Notes: generated from the sequence alone by a model not told the origin. A DNA stretch of 38,436 nucleotides from Promethearchaeota archaeon (GCA_004524535.1 SDNY01000023.1:1-38436); one strand, 5' to 3'. Positions 1 to 10,352 are shown, numbered from the stretch's first letter. Made by a program: numbers and translations.

Positions 1-116
1 ATACCTGTTATAAAGGCGAGCGCCCAGCATGTGGAAAATGCTTTGCTTGCGAATTACGTCTCAAAGGTTTTAAGGAGGCGGGCTTGAAAGATCCTTTAGA
101 ATATAAATCTCTTTAG
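1..116 (+). CDS. queC: 7-cyano-7-deazaguanine synthase, C-terminal fragment (5' end outside window)
   Basis: Own translation from nt 3: [37 protein letters not shown]. This is the QueC Zn-binding C-x(8)-CGxCxxC motif and DP tail; queD and queE are nearby. Confidence 0.9.
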   Translation, partial: TCYKGERPACGKCFACELRLKGFKEAGLKDPLEYKSL

Positions 117-152
117 ATAAACCAACTCTAAAATAGATATAACCTGTTAGAA

Positions 153-168
153 TTTTTTTTTTTTTTTT
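153..168 (+). terminator. Oligo-T tract (T16), putative archaeal terminator of queC
   Basis: T16 run ~36 nt after the queC stop. Confidence 0.45.
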
Positions 169-289
169 CAAAAAATGATTATTAATCAATTATTTATAGG
201 TAGATTTATATATAACGAATTCAAAATATTCATATAAAAATACGATTAGAATAAAATCTAATAAATTTAATAAAATAAAGTGTGAATTT

Positions 290-853
290 ATGAATACTGG
301 GCAAAAATTATGTATTATAGCAGCAATAATAACCCTCGTAGCTAGTTATCTCTTTTATTGGTATTCTTATGAATATATCGATATTTATAATGTTGGTGGT
401 ATGGGGCTTTTAGAAAGATACCTTGATTTGTGGTTTAATACTAATTGGAATGCGGTAGTATTGGGTTTACCTTTAGTTTTTTATTACGGTCTTGTCGGTA
501 TTTTCACTCTCTTTCTATTATCACCTATCTTAATTGCACTAGGTACAAAGAAACGTAGTTTAGCACTCTTAGGTTCTATTATGCCTTTAGTAATTGGAAT
601 AATGGTCTTACTTTATGCGGCAAACATCCATAAATTACTTTATCCGTATCTTAATTCTGTTCCGACCTTTATGGGCTTTCTCACGGTATTTCGGGATGCT
701 GAACCCTTATTTCGAGGAATACCAATTATTGGAGAAATACCAATGCTAATACCATATAAATCTCATTTCGAATTCATCGGATCATATATATTATTAGGAG
801 GAGGCGTAATGGGATTGATTGCGTGGAAAAATAGTAGCACGGCTAGATTCTAA
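290..853 (+). CDS. Hypothetical integral membrane protein (~4 TM)
   Basis: 187-aa ORF with several long hydrophobic segments; no family recognised. Confidence 0.7.
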   Translation: MNTGQKLCIIAAIITLVASYLFYWYSYEYIDIYNVGGMGLLERYLDLWFNTNWNAVVLGLPLVFYYGLVGIFTLFLLSPILIALGTKKRSLALLGSIMPLVIGIMVLLYAANIHKLLYPYLNSVPTFMGFLTVFRDAEPLFRGIPIIGEIPMLIPYKSHFEFIGSYILLGGGVMGLIAWKNSSTARF

Positions 854-898
854 ATCTTTTTTTTCTTTCTTTTTTATTTTATAATATTTTAGTACAGC

Positions 899-1357
899 TT
901 ATTCACTATAGGAAGCCATAGAACTCTTACTTTCTCCAACCTTTACTTCTATTTTCTTATTTTTATAAATTTTTTTCAATTTATCGTGAATGTACTTAGC
1001 TAAAAGTTCGCTGGTTGTAGCTTGTAATGGAAGAAAACATACATCTGATCTCGGAAATACATATTTTTTAGTAGGAGTTAATATTTCAATTGATTCTTTC
1101 TCTTCATTTATTTTAATGTCTTTTGATTGTGTTGGAATTAGAATAGTATGGTCCATAGGCTCAACAATATCTTTTAATTTTTCGTTTAATTCCATAAAAT
1201 CTACTACGAAATAATTATTGTCTAGTTTATCGGAAATAATTTCAACCGAAACATAATAATTATGCCCATGGAGTCTCGAGCATTTAAAGTGCTCTTTTAA
1301 AAAATGACAAGCACTAAATTTTACATTTGACTCGTTTATGATAACTTTAAAACCCAT
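899..1357 (-). CDS. queD: 6-carboxytetrahydropterin synthase
   Basis: FSACH...CSRLHGHNY motif, MDHT, TSELLA; lies in que cluster. Confidence 0.9.
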   Translation of the reverse strand: MGFKVIINESNVKFSACHFLKEHFKCSRLHGHNYYVSVEIISDKLDNNYFVVDFMELNEKLKDIVEPMDHTILIPTQSKDIKINEEKESIEILTPTKKYVFPRSDVCFLPLQATTSELLAKYIHDKLKKIYKNKKIEVKVGESKSSMASYSE

Positions 1358-1514
1358 ATAAAGAAAAATGATTTTTTTTTTGAAATTCTTCTACTAATCT
1401 TATTTAATAGAAGCTATTTATGATTGTTATATTTTTCGCTTAAAATAAATGAACTGAAGATTAAACTTTAATCAAATTATCTGCAGTTTAATAAAAATAA
1501 TTTGATAGAAATGT

Positions 1515-2363
1515 TTAAAGTAATTTTAGATATTTATGTGCTTGAATAGATAAAGTTAGATTTTCTGGATTCAAGTATTCTGCTGATGTATGGAAGATTT
1601 CATTTAGATGAGATATGGAAATAGAATATTTATCTTTTAAATCCTCATTTTCAAGACTGACAGGTTGGATAGCTAAACCTACAATTTCACCATTAGAATA
1701 TTTGATTTCAGAAAGTTTTTTACTTATCCATTGAATATCTTGAATTTGAGTTTGAGAAGTTACCACGATTTTAGCAAATGTTTCAACACCATAATGAATC
1801 ATTTTAGATATAAATTCTAATTCATTATTTACTAAATTTTCCCAATTAAATAGAAGTGCTGCCATTGAACTTTTATCTTTTATATCACAACAACAATATT
1901 TAATGTATTTTGCGAGTTCTTTTAAGTCATTCTCAAAAGGAATTATTGATCCATTAGTCTCTAAATATAATGGATAATTCAATGCTTTTATTAATTCACT
2001 AATAAATTCTAATTGATAAAGAGGTTCGCCTCCAGTAAGGCTTATCGAATGAAGATCCGGCGTTATTAAATTTTCTACAATTTGAATGATTTCAGAGATC
2101 TTTACAGGATTTTTCATTCTTTCGAATTCTTGTGAACATGGTTTTTGTTCATAGTTAAGATACTCCGTTTCCATGATTTGAGCTTGAGGTGTATCACACC
2201 AAAAACATCCCGTAGATTTAAATGCCCCATTAGCAATATTACATCCAGAAAATCGAATAAATATCTGTCTCTTTCCAAAACAGCTGCCTCTAACTGTACC
2301 ACCTTCTCCTTGTATAGATGAGAATATTTCTGCTATATATCCTTCTAAATCTGGATTATTCAT
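1515..2363 (-). CDS. queE: 7-carboxy-7-deazaguanine synthase (radical SAM)
   Basis: EIFSSIQGEG, FIRFSGC, CFWCDT, SLTGGEP, LETNG, C-terminal QAHKYL. Confidence 0.9.
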   Translation of the reverse strand: MNNPDLEGYIAEIFSSIQGEGGTVRGSCFGKRQIFIRFSGCNIANGAFKSTGCFWCDTPQAQIMETEYLNYEQKPCSQEFERMKNPVKISEIIQIVENLITPDLHSISLTGGEPLYQLEFISELIKALNYPLYLETNGSIIPFENDLKELAKYIKYCCCDIKDKSSMAALLFNWENLVNNELEFISKMIHYGVETFAKIVVTSQTQIQDIQWISKKLSEIKYSNGEIVGLAIQPVSLENEDLKDKYSISISHLNEIFHTSAEYLNPENLTLSIQAHKYLKLL

Positions 2364-3042
2364 AGTTTGATTTTCTTTGATATCCTTCCATCAATTTTTC
2401 AATATCAATTGGCCCATTAATATTAATGAAACTAATAAATTTCTTATCTATAGCCTTAATAGAACTTTGAGAAATATAATTAATTTTCCAATTATTATCT
2501 AGTATCTTAGTCAATTTATATTGTTCACTCTTTAGACATTCTTCAACCCTATCAAATGCCTTTTTCACAGGATAAATCGCGAATAAAGGTTCTAAGAATC
2601 CATTATTCCACCGTGGAATACAACAGTCAAATCCTTCAGATTGTTCTATTAATAATTCTATTAAATCATATTTAATTAAAGGTGCGTCACAAGATAAAAT
2701 AAATACCTTTTCATAATCTAATTTCCTTAGCTCTTTAAATGCTGTATAGAGTCCAATCATTGGTGTTCTTAAATTTTCATTTGAAATTAGATCAATATCA
2801 TCTAAAAAAAATTCCTTGATATTATCGGTTTCAATTTTTATCTTATATGTTTGAACTTGCTTTTGAGAATGCGCAACTAAAAAAATTTCCTTGTTAAATT
2901 TCACTATTGTCTCAATCTGATATGATATTAATGGTTTTCCAAGGAATTCAAAAATCCCTTTATCACTTCCAAAACGAGTGCTCTTGCCACCAATTAAAAT
3001 AACGAAGGCAAGAGATTTATCTTTATAGGTTATCTTTGACAC
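2356..3042 (-). CDS. mobA: Molybdenum cofactor guanylyltransferase
   Basis: ILIGGKSTRFGSDKG, SCDAP, EPLFAIY, FININGP motifs. Confidence 0.85.
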   Translation of the reverse strand: MSKITYKDKSLAFVILIGGKSTRFGSDKGIFEFLGKPLISYQIETIVKFNKEIFLVAHSQKQVQTYKIKIETDNIKEFFLDDIDLISNENLRTPMIGLYTAFKELRKLDYEKVFILSCDAPLIKYDLIELLIEQSEGFDCCIPRWNNGFLEPLFAIYPVKKAFDRVEECLKSEQYKLTKILDNNWKINYISQSSIKAIDKKFISFININGPIDIEKLMEGYQRKSNYE

Positions 3043-3050
3043 ATTCTTTA

Positions 3051-4475
3051 TTAATTAGTTATTTCCAAGGTTAAGTACTTTTCTACACCATCCCAACAAT
3101 ATGTGCACAGCTTTTCCTTTGGTAAACCAATAGCTTTTACCAGATCTTCGAGTTTCTGGTATTTCAATGACGTTAATTGCAACTTTTTACGAATGACTTC
3201 AACCATGGCTTTATAATTTTCAGAATCTGGATCCGTATATTCAGCAGGATCGTCGATATCTCTTCCAATTAGATCTTTAATTGCCCATCTTCCTGCTAGA
3301 TCTAACTCCGAACGGGAACGCGAGAAGTTAAGGAATTTACAACGATAAACAAGGGGCGGGCAAGCAGGTCTCATATGAACCTCCTTTGCCCCTGATTCAA
3401 ATAGCCTTTTAATTTGTCTTCGAAGTTGGGTTCCTCTAACGATTGAATCCTCGCAGAAAAGTAAACGCTTACCTTCAATGAGTTCTTTAATCGGTATGAG
3501 CTTCATCTTCGCAACTTTGTCCCTAACGTTTTGATCATGAGGCATGAAACTACGAGGCCAAGTTGGCGTATATTTCACATATGGCCGAGAATAAGGAATC
3601 TTTGCTTCATTAGCATAACCTACACCATGTGCTGTGCCAGAATCTGGAATACCTGCAACGAGATCGATCTCAATATCATCATTCTTTGCTAGAAGTGAGC
3701 CACATTTATAGCGAACAGCTTCCACATTAATCCCCTCATAATTCGATGCCGGATATCCATAATATACCCATAAGAAAGCACATATTTGCATCTTATCTCC
3801 TGGTGCAATTTTCACCTCACAACCATTTTCTCCTAGATAAACTACTTCTCCAGGCCCTAAGTATTTCACTATTTCATAACCGAGGTTTGGGAAAGCACAA
3901 GTTTCCATCGCTACAGCATAAGATCCGTTTTTTGCTCCTATGATGAGGGGTGTTCTCCCAAGCTTATCTCGTGCACAATAAATCCCATCTTTAGTCAAAA
4001 TTAGCATTGTACAAGATCCATCAATTATAGCATTAGCTTTTTTTATTCCCTCCTCAAAAGAAAGACATTGGCTAATTATTGTTGCAACCATTTCTGTGGG
4101 ATTAATCTCCCCTCCATGCATTTCTGAGAAATGTGTCCCTCTTTTTCTAGCGTCATTCGCAAGAGATTCAATATTATTTATTTTTCCTACCGTGGCGATC
4201 GCGAATACACCCAAGTTAGAGCTGATTATTAAGGGCTGATCATCGTAATCACTGATTACACCTATTCCTTTATTCCCATGCATCTGTAATATTTCTTTTT
4301 CAAATTTGGACTTGAATTGAGAAGTCGTGATATCCTTAATATACCTTTGAAAACCACCCGAGTTTTTTACAGCTAATCCCCCTCGCATAGTTCCTAGATG
4401 GGAATGGTAATCAGTCCCATAAAAAAGATCTTCTACACAATCTGAATTTGAAAATACTCCGAATAGACCACCCAT
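3051..4475 (-). CDS. purF: Amidophosphoribosyltransferase (variant lacking the N-terminal catalytic Cys)
   Basis: RDKLGRTPL, GIPDSG, EDSIVRGT PRPP loop, C-terminal CTYC Fe-S ligands; starts MGGLFG. Confidence 0.88.
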   Translation of the reverse strand: MGGLFGVFSNSDCVEDLFYGTDYHSHLGTMRGGLAVKNSGGFQRYIKDITTSQFKSKFEKEILQMHGNKGIGVISDYDDQPLIISSNLGVFAIATVGKINNIESLANDARKRGTHFSEMHGGEINPTEMVATIISQCLSFEEGIKKANAIIDGSCTMLILTKDGIYCARDKLGRTPLIIGAKNGSYAVAMETCAFPNLGYEIVKYLGPGEVVYLGENGCEVKIAPGDKMQICAFLWVYYGYPASNYEGINVEAVRYKCGSLLAKNDDIEIDLVAGIPDSGTAHGVGYANEAKIPYSRPYVKYTPTWPRSFMPHDQNVRDKVAKMKLIPIKELIEGKRLLFCEDSIVRGTQLRRQIKRLFESGAKEVHMRPACPPLVYRCKFLNFSRSRSELDLAGRWAIKDLIGRDIDDPAEYTDPDSENYKAMVEVIRKKLQLTSLKYQKLEDLVKAIGLPKEKLCTYCWDGVEKYLTLEITN

Positions 4476-4537
4476 AACTTGTTCACTATGTTTTATACGG
4501 AATTATCTCATATAAATAAAATTATTAATCCATTATA

Positions 4538-5167
4538 TTATTTACGACAATAATTTATAAAGTTCTTATAAATCTGAATTCCATACTTACTTGATTTTTC
4601 TGGATGGAACTGAGTTGCGACAATATTGTCTTTACCAATAATGGAGCAATATTCAACATCTCCATATGTGGTTAGACCTATAATTTCATCCTTATTTTTA
4701 GGATTTGAGTAAAAACTATGAACAAAATAGAAATAAGAATGATTAGGAATTCCTTCAACTAAAAAATTATCACTATCTAATAATCGAACACTATTCCAGC
4801 CAATCTGGGGTATTTTTTCTACTTTTGAGATCTCGAATGGAATGACTTCTCCTTCAACAAGACTTAAACCCTTATGCTCTCCCATTTCACTACTTCTTGA
4901 GAATAATAATTGTTGACCTAAACAAATACCAAATAGCGGTTTTTTCTTAATTACTATTTGATTTAGCACAGGGATAAGGTTTTTTTCTTTTAAATGTTTC
5001 ATTGCATCACCGAATGCTCCAACTCCAGGTAAAATCACTCCATCAGCTTCTAATATCTCCTTGAGATCATCAGTTATAATGGCATCTGCATTTAAGTGCT
5101 TGATACATTTAAAGATGCTTTTTAAATTACCCATTTCGTAGTCTATTATCGCTATATAAAAAGGCAT
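4538..5167 (-). CDS. hisH: Imidazole glycerol phosphate synthase glutaminase subunit
   Basis: IDYEMGNL, LPGVGAF, GICLG, YFVHSF, QFHPEKS. Confidence 0.95.
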   Translation of the reverse strand: MPFYIAIIDYEMGNLKSIFKCIKHLNADAIITDDLKEILEADGVILPGVGAFGDAMKHLKEKNLIPVLNQIVIKKKPLFGICLGQQLLFSRSSEMGEHKGLSLVEGEVIPFEISKVEKIPQIGWNSVRLLDSDNFLVEGIPNHSYFYFVHSFYSNPKNKDEIIGLTTYGDVEYCSIIGKDNIVATQFHPEKSSKYGIQIYKNFINYCRK

Positions 5168-5169
5168 AA

Positions 5170-5997
5170 TTATAACCTCATTGGGATTCCTGATTTCTTA
5201 CATTCTTCTTTAACAATTCCTATTGGATATTCGTTATAATGAAAAATTGAAGCGGCCAGAGCAGCATCTGCCTTTCCCAACTTAAATACATCAATTATAT
5301 GTTGTGGGTCTCCTGCCCCTCCGCTCGCGATAATAGGAATAGTTAACTTTTCGCTAAATATATGAGTAAGCTCTAGATCATAACCAAGATGAGTCCCATC
5401 TTTATCCATACTTGTCAAAAGTATTTCGCCACTCCCAAGATTCTGTGCTTCTATACCCCATAAAATTGCGTCTATTCCAGTGGGCGTCCGACCACCGTGT
5501 ATATAAACTTCCCACCAACAATATTTTTCTCCAATTTGAATTATGATATTATTTTTCGCTACTTCTGGAGATTTCACATAAACTCTTTTCGCATCGATAG
5601 CTGTAACAATACATTGAGAACCAAAAATTTTAGCGCTATCTTTAATAAGATTAGGATTTTGTATAGCTGCAGTGTTTAATGATATTTTATCAGCTCCAGC
5701 TCTCAAAATTTCTTTAATATCCTCAACAGTCCTTAGACCTCCTCCTACAGTAAAAGGTATGAATACTTGTTCTCCTGTCTTTTCAACCATATCAATAAGA
5801 ATATTTCTATCATCTGAAGATGCTGTGATATCGAGAAAAACTAACTCATCAGCCCTTTGCTCATCATAAAATGCCCCTAACTCAACGGGATCTCCCGCAT
5901 CTCTTAAATTTATGAATTTAGTACCTTTTACAACTCTCGCAACACCTTCTCTTGTTGTGACATCCAAACAAGGTATTATACGTTTTGTAAGGGGCAT
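5170..5997 (-). CDS. hisF: Imidazole glycerol phosphate synthase cyclase subunit
   Basis: [48 protein letters not shown]; 2 nt from hisH. Confidence 0.95.
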   Translation of the reverse strand: MPLTKRIIPCLDVTTREGVARVVKGTKFINLRDAGDPVELGAFYDEQRADELVFLDITASSDDRNILIDMVEKTGEQVFIPFTVGGGLRTVEDIKEILRAGADKISLNTAAIQNPNLIKDSAKIFGSQCIVTAIDAKRVYVKSPEVAKNNIIIQIGEKYCWWEVYIHGGRTPTGIDAILWGIEAQNLGSGEILLTSMDKDGTHLGYDLELTHIFSEKLTIPIIASGGAGDPQHIIDVFKLGKADAALAASIFHYNEYPIGIVKEECKKSGIPMRL

Positions 5998-6111
5998 AAT
6001 TCTAAATTAATAAATCGTGCAAATTATTTAGGATTTTCTATGTTTCCTAATAAATTATACCGCCTTAATTAATATAATCTAAAAAAAGTTAGGGAATTTT
6101 TTTTTATTATT

Positions 6112-6927
6112 TTATAATCTCATAGGAACTCCATTTTCTATGCAATATTTTTTTACTTCTCGTATAGTTATCTCTCTAAAATGAAATATTGAGGCTGCTA
6201 GGGCAGCTGCAGCTTTACCAATTGTAAATGCTTCAAGCATATGTTGTTTTGTACCCGCTCCTCCACTTGCGGTCACAGGGAGTCCAGTCGCTTCAGCTAT
6301 ACCTCTTGTCATTATTAGATCAAAACCTTTTTTAGTGCCGTCAAATTTCTTGCTCGTAGGTAAGATCCCACCTGCACCAAGCTCCTTTACTTCTTTCGCC
6401 CATTTTATAGCATCCATTCCAGTTGATTTTGAACCACTATGCGTCATGACATCAAACCAACAAAATTTATCTTCCACTTCAAATAATGTTTTATTGGGTG
6501 CTTCTTCTTCAGAATTCACATACACTCTATTACCGTCGATCGCACACACGACTCTTTCATGACCGTATTCTTTTGAGATTTCTCCTAATAAGTCTGGATT
6601 TCGAACAGCAGCACTATTCAAAGATACTTTATCTGCGCCAGCATCCAGTATTGCTTGTACATCCTTCATTGAAGCAATACCTCCTCCCACAGCAAACGGA
6701 ATTGAGATTTCATCAGCAACTTTTTTTATTAAATTTACAACTGTTTTTCTTTTCTCTACTGTAGCTGTGATATCTAGAAAAATAAGCTCATCAGCCCCTT
6801 CATCTTCATAAAATTTCCCAAATTCCACAGGATCACCAGCATCTCTGAGATTAACAAATTTAATACCTTTTACAACTCTGCCATCTTTTACATCCAAACA
6901 AGGAACTATCTTTTTATAATCAGTCAT
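6112..6927 (-). CDS. hisF: Second HisF paralog
   Basis: [46 protein letters not shown]. Confidence 0.9.
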   Translation of the reverse strand: MTDYKKIVPCLDVKDGRVVKGIKFVNLRDAGDPVEFGKFYEDEGADELIFLDITATVEKRKTVVNLIKKVADEISIPFAVGGGIASMKDVQAILDAGADKVSLNSAAVRNPDLLGEISKEYGHERVVCAIDGNRVYVNSEEEAPNKTLFEVEDKFCWFDVMTHSGSKSTGMDAIKWAKEVKELGAGGILPTSKKFDGTKKGFDLIMTRGIAEATGLPVTASGGAGTKQHMLEAFTIGKAAAALAASIFHFREITIREVKKYCIENGVPMRL

Positions 6928-6946
6928 ATTAATTCTTAATATTTTT

Positions 6947-9319
6947 TTAAATAATATAATTATTATATTTAAATATTCCTCCTATCAATTGACCTGTGCT
7001 AATACCCGCATCACCTGGAGCAACTTTATCATGTTCTAAGAAGATAAAATCTCTACTAATTACAACTTCCTTTAGTGCTTTTGAAAATGAATAATTATAA
7101 GCCACCCCTCCACTCAATCCAATTTTTTTAATATTATTCGCTTTAGCCACTTTCATTGCCACCTCTGCAAAAACTTTTCCAAATTCTATCTGAAATTTTG
7201 CTGCTATATCTTCTTTCCTAATCTGGGATTCTTCTAATAAATTATAAATATCAAGAATTAATTGAGTGGTGTCAATAATATAACTTCCATTTTTCTGTAT
7301 AAATCCAATCTCTAGTTTTACTTTATTGGGGTCTCCTTTAGAGGCTAGACTCTCTAATCTCATAGCAGGTTCTCCTCTATAAGTTTTAATTTTAGAAGCA
7401 CCTAATAAATAAGAAACAGTATCAAATATTCTTCCTGTCGAACTTGATAATGGAATATTTTCTTGCTTCTCAAATTGTGAGATTAATGCGTTTAATTCTG
7501 TGTTTTTATATTCTACGTCTTTTTCTAATCCAATTCTATTAAATATCTTAATTGATTCCTTTTTACCAAGTTTATTAAGTAATATTGAAGCCGCCATTCG
7601 TGCAGGATACTTAGTGCATCGATCCCCTCCAATCATAGGTTGATATTCTAAATGGCCAAGGCGTTTGTATCCCCTATAAGAACATAATAATATTTCTCCC
7701 CCCCAAACATTTTCATCGTCTCCAAAACCTACTCCATCAGTGCTAATTCCAATAATTTCCTCATCTTGACCTACTTTATTTTCTGCCATTAATCCTAATA
7801 TATGAGCGAAATGATGTTGTATAGGAAATATTGGGACTTTGAATTGCTCAGAAAGTTCTTTAGCAAACTTGGAAGTAATAAATTCTGGATGTGCATCACA
7901 AGAAATAAATTTTATTTCAGTATCTTTAATCTGTAGTAATTTTCTCATGTGAAAAATTGATTCCTTTAAAAATTCATATGTTTCAAGATGAGTCACATTA
8001 CCAATATGTTGTGTAGGGAAGATGCGATTTCTTCTTAAAATAGCACCTGTTACTGACAAATCGGGCCCTGTTGCAATAGCACCAGGTATATTCGCTTCGA
8101 ATGGAAGAGACAAATATTCTGGAACATATCCCCTTGATCTCCTTATTAATTTCACCTTATTATCATGTACCCTTAAAACACTATCATCTGCTCTTTGATG
8201 GATAGTTCTATTATGAAGGAGAAAAAAGTCTGCTAAATGTTCCAACTGTTTAATAATAATATCATTATCTAAACCCATTGGAATGTTTGATCTATTCCCG
8301 CTTGTATAAACAAGAGGTTTTTCTCCTATATAATCAAATAATAAATAATGAATTCCAGAATAAGGGAGCATAATGCCAATATTATTAAGACCTGGAGCTA
8401 CTTGCTCACCTATTATATTTTTATTTAATATCTTCTTTCTTTCTAAAAGTACAATAGGTCTTCTGAAAGATGTTAATAATTCTTTTTCTTTTGTAGATAT
8501 ATTTAAAGATTGTTCAATAATTCTCAGTTTAGGAACCATAAGAGCAAAAGGTTTGTATTTTCTTCCCCCTTTTCTATTTCTTAGTTTTAAGATAATATTA
8601 TCGTCGTCAGCTAAGCAAACTAAGTGAACCCCTCCGATTCCCTTTACAGCAGCAATCTCGCCTTCATTAATTCGGGTAGCTGCTTCTTTAAGAATATCAT
8701 CGATTGATTTCTTTTCAATTAATTTTCCTGACTTATCGTATAAATGATAACTTGGACCACATTTTGAACAAGCAAAAGTTTGGGCATGGAATCTACGATT
8801 GTCGAAATCTGAATATTCTTTAACACACGATACACAAAAAGGAAATTCATTCATCGTAGATCTAATACGATCATATGGCAGATCTATTACTGTTGTAAAT
8901 CTTGGACCACATACAGCACAAGCGATAAAGGGATATTTATTATATTTTTTTAAAGTATGGTCTCCCATTTCTTTTATACAATTATCACAAATAGCGATAT
9001 CTGGAGGAAGTGTTAAACTAATCCCTCTCCCAGGTTCACTTTTTTTAATTTCGAGATCACTAAATATTTCTTTGTCAAATAATTCTTTAACGTCTGAATT
9101 TTCAATAAAAGATATTTTAGGTCTTTTTATATCAACATCTATAATAAATTGGTCAATATCTTTAGATTCTCCTTGAAGTATTAATCTAACTCCTGCGTTC
9201 CCACGATTAAGAATATACCCTGTCAATCCTAAACTTCTTGCTAAATTAAATAAGAAAGGACGAAAACCTACACCTTGAACTATACCTGTAATATTGATTT
9301 CTACTGTTTTTTTATTCAT
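6947..9319 (-). CDS. hypF: Hydrogenase maturation carbamoyltransferase
   Basis: GIVQGVGFRPF acylphosphatase domain, two CxxC-x18-CxxCGP Zn fingers, KGIGG, QHHFAH, PGDAGIS. Confidence 0.95.
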   Translation of the reverse strand: MNKKTVEINITGIVQGVGFRPFLFNLARSLGLTGYILNRGNAGVRLILQGESKDIDQFIIDVDIKRPKISFIENSDVKELFDKEIFSDLEIKKSEPGRGISLTLPPDIAICDNCIKEMGDHTLKKYNKYPFIACAVCGPRFTTVIDLPYDRIRSTMNEFPFCVSCVKEYSDFDNRRFHAQTFACSKCGPSYHLYDKSGKLIEKKSIDDILKEAATRINEGEIAAVKGIGGVHLVCLADDDNIILKLRNRKGGRKYKPFALMVPKLRIIEQSLNISTKEKELLTSFRRPIVLLERKKILNKNIIGEQVAPGLNNIGIMLPYSGIHYLLFDYIGEKPLVYTSGNRSNIPMGLDNDIIIKQLEHLADFFLLHNRTIHQRADDSVLRVHDNKVKLIRRSRGYVPEYLSLPFEANIPGAIATGPDLSVTGAILRRNRIFPTQHIGNVTHLETYEFLKESIFHMRKLLQIKDTEIKFISCDAHPEFITSKFAKELSEQFKVPIFPIQHHFAHILGLMAENKVGQDEEIIGISTDGVGFGDDENVWGGEILLCSYRGYKRLGHLEYQPMIGGDRCTKYPARMAASILLNKLGKKESIKIFNRIGLEKDVEYKNTELNALISQFEKQENIPLSSSTGRIFDTVSYLLGASKIKTYRGEPAMRLESLASKGDPNKVKLEIGFIQKNGSYIIDTTQLILDIYNLLEESQIRKEDIAAKFQIEFGKVFAEVAMKVAKANNIKKIGLSGGVAYNYSFSKALKEVVISRDFIFLEHDKVAPGDAGISTGQLIGGIFKYNNYII

Positions 9320-9469
9320 TCAATTAAATTAAAACTCAAAAATTATTAAATCGAATGTTTTTTCAAATTAAGCGAAAGTAATAAGTTTCATAAAATGAAC
9401 TAAAATTATATTTAAAGTTTATATTTAATGACTCTTTAATGAAACAAAAAACAATAGTATCGTTAAAAT

Positions 9470-10285
9470 ATGAAATTAGCCGTAAATCAAGCAACTTTGA
9501 TGAAAACTCCTATGGATATTTTTTTTGATGCATTATCTAAAGCTGGTTTTAAAGGTGTTGAATTGAGACGAGATGAAACGTTTGTCTATTTAAAACATCA
9601 CACTGTTCAAGAATTGAAAGAATTATTGGAAAAAAACAATCTTGAATGTATAACTTTTAACGCAATTGAATTATTCTCTTTATGTCCTGATGATGAGTTC
9701 AAAAGCATTTTAGAATATACTGAAAGATTGATGGAAATAGGAAACCAAATCGAATGCGATATGATTATAGCGGTTCCAAGTTTTCTTGAAGATCCTAATA
9801 TAAACGATTCAAAAATGATTTCTCAAACCGTAGATCGATTGAAAATTCTTGCGAATTTGGCTGAAAAGTACGATTTCAAACTTGGATTTGAACCATTGGG
9901 ATTTCCAAATTGTTCTGTAAGGAAACTCGAGATGGCATTAAAGATTATCGAACATCAAGATTTACCGGAAATGGGATTGGTGATTGATACTTTTCATTAC
10001 TTCGTCGGCGAACATTCTGTTGAAGAATTAGAAACTATTGAGCTTGAAAAATTATGGCTAATCCATATTAATGATGCCATTGAGAAACCCTTTAATGAAT
10101 TAAAAGATTCTCATAGAGTTTTACCATGCCAAGGCTTTTTTAATCTTGAAATGTTTGTCGATAAATTAAAAGAAATAGGATATGATAAATGGATTTCTTT
10201 AGAATTGTTTAACGAAAAGATTTGGGAGAATGATCCTTATAAAGTAGCCATAGATTCAATGGCTTCTCTAAAAAAATTGATTTAA
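9470..10285 (+). CDS. Sugar phosphate isomerase/epimerase (xylose isomerase-like TIM barrel, IolI-like)
   Basis: GFKGVEL, GFEPLGF, IDTFHY, HIND, SLELFN metal-binding pattern. Confidence 0.85.
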   Translation: MKLAVNQATLMKTPMDIFFDALSKAGFKGVELRRDETFVYLKHHTVQELKELLEKNNLECITFNAIELFSLCPDDEFKSILEYTERLMEIGNQIECDMIIAVPSFLEDPNINDSKMISQTVDRLKILANLAEKYDFKLGFEPLGFPNCSVRKLEMALKIIEHQDLPEMGLVIDTFHYFVGEHSVEELETIELEKLWLIHINDAIEKPFNELKDSHRVLPCQGFFNLEMFVDKLKEIGYDKWISLELFNEKIWENDPYKVAIDSMASLKKLI

Positions 10286-10352
10286 TATTTTATATCACAA
10301 TCTTTTAATTTATCACACAAATTCTTTTAATTTCAAATTCTTTCATTTTATT

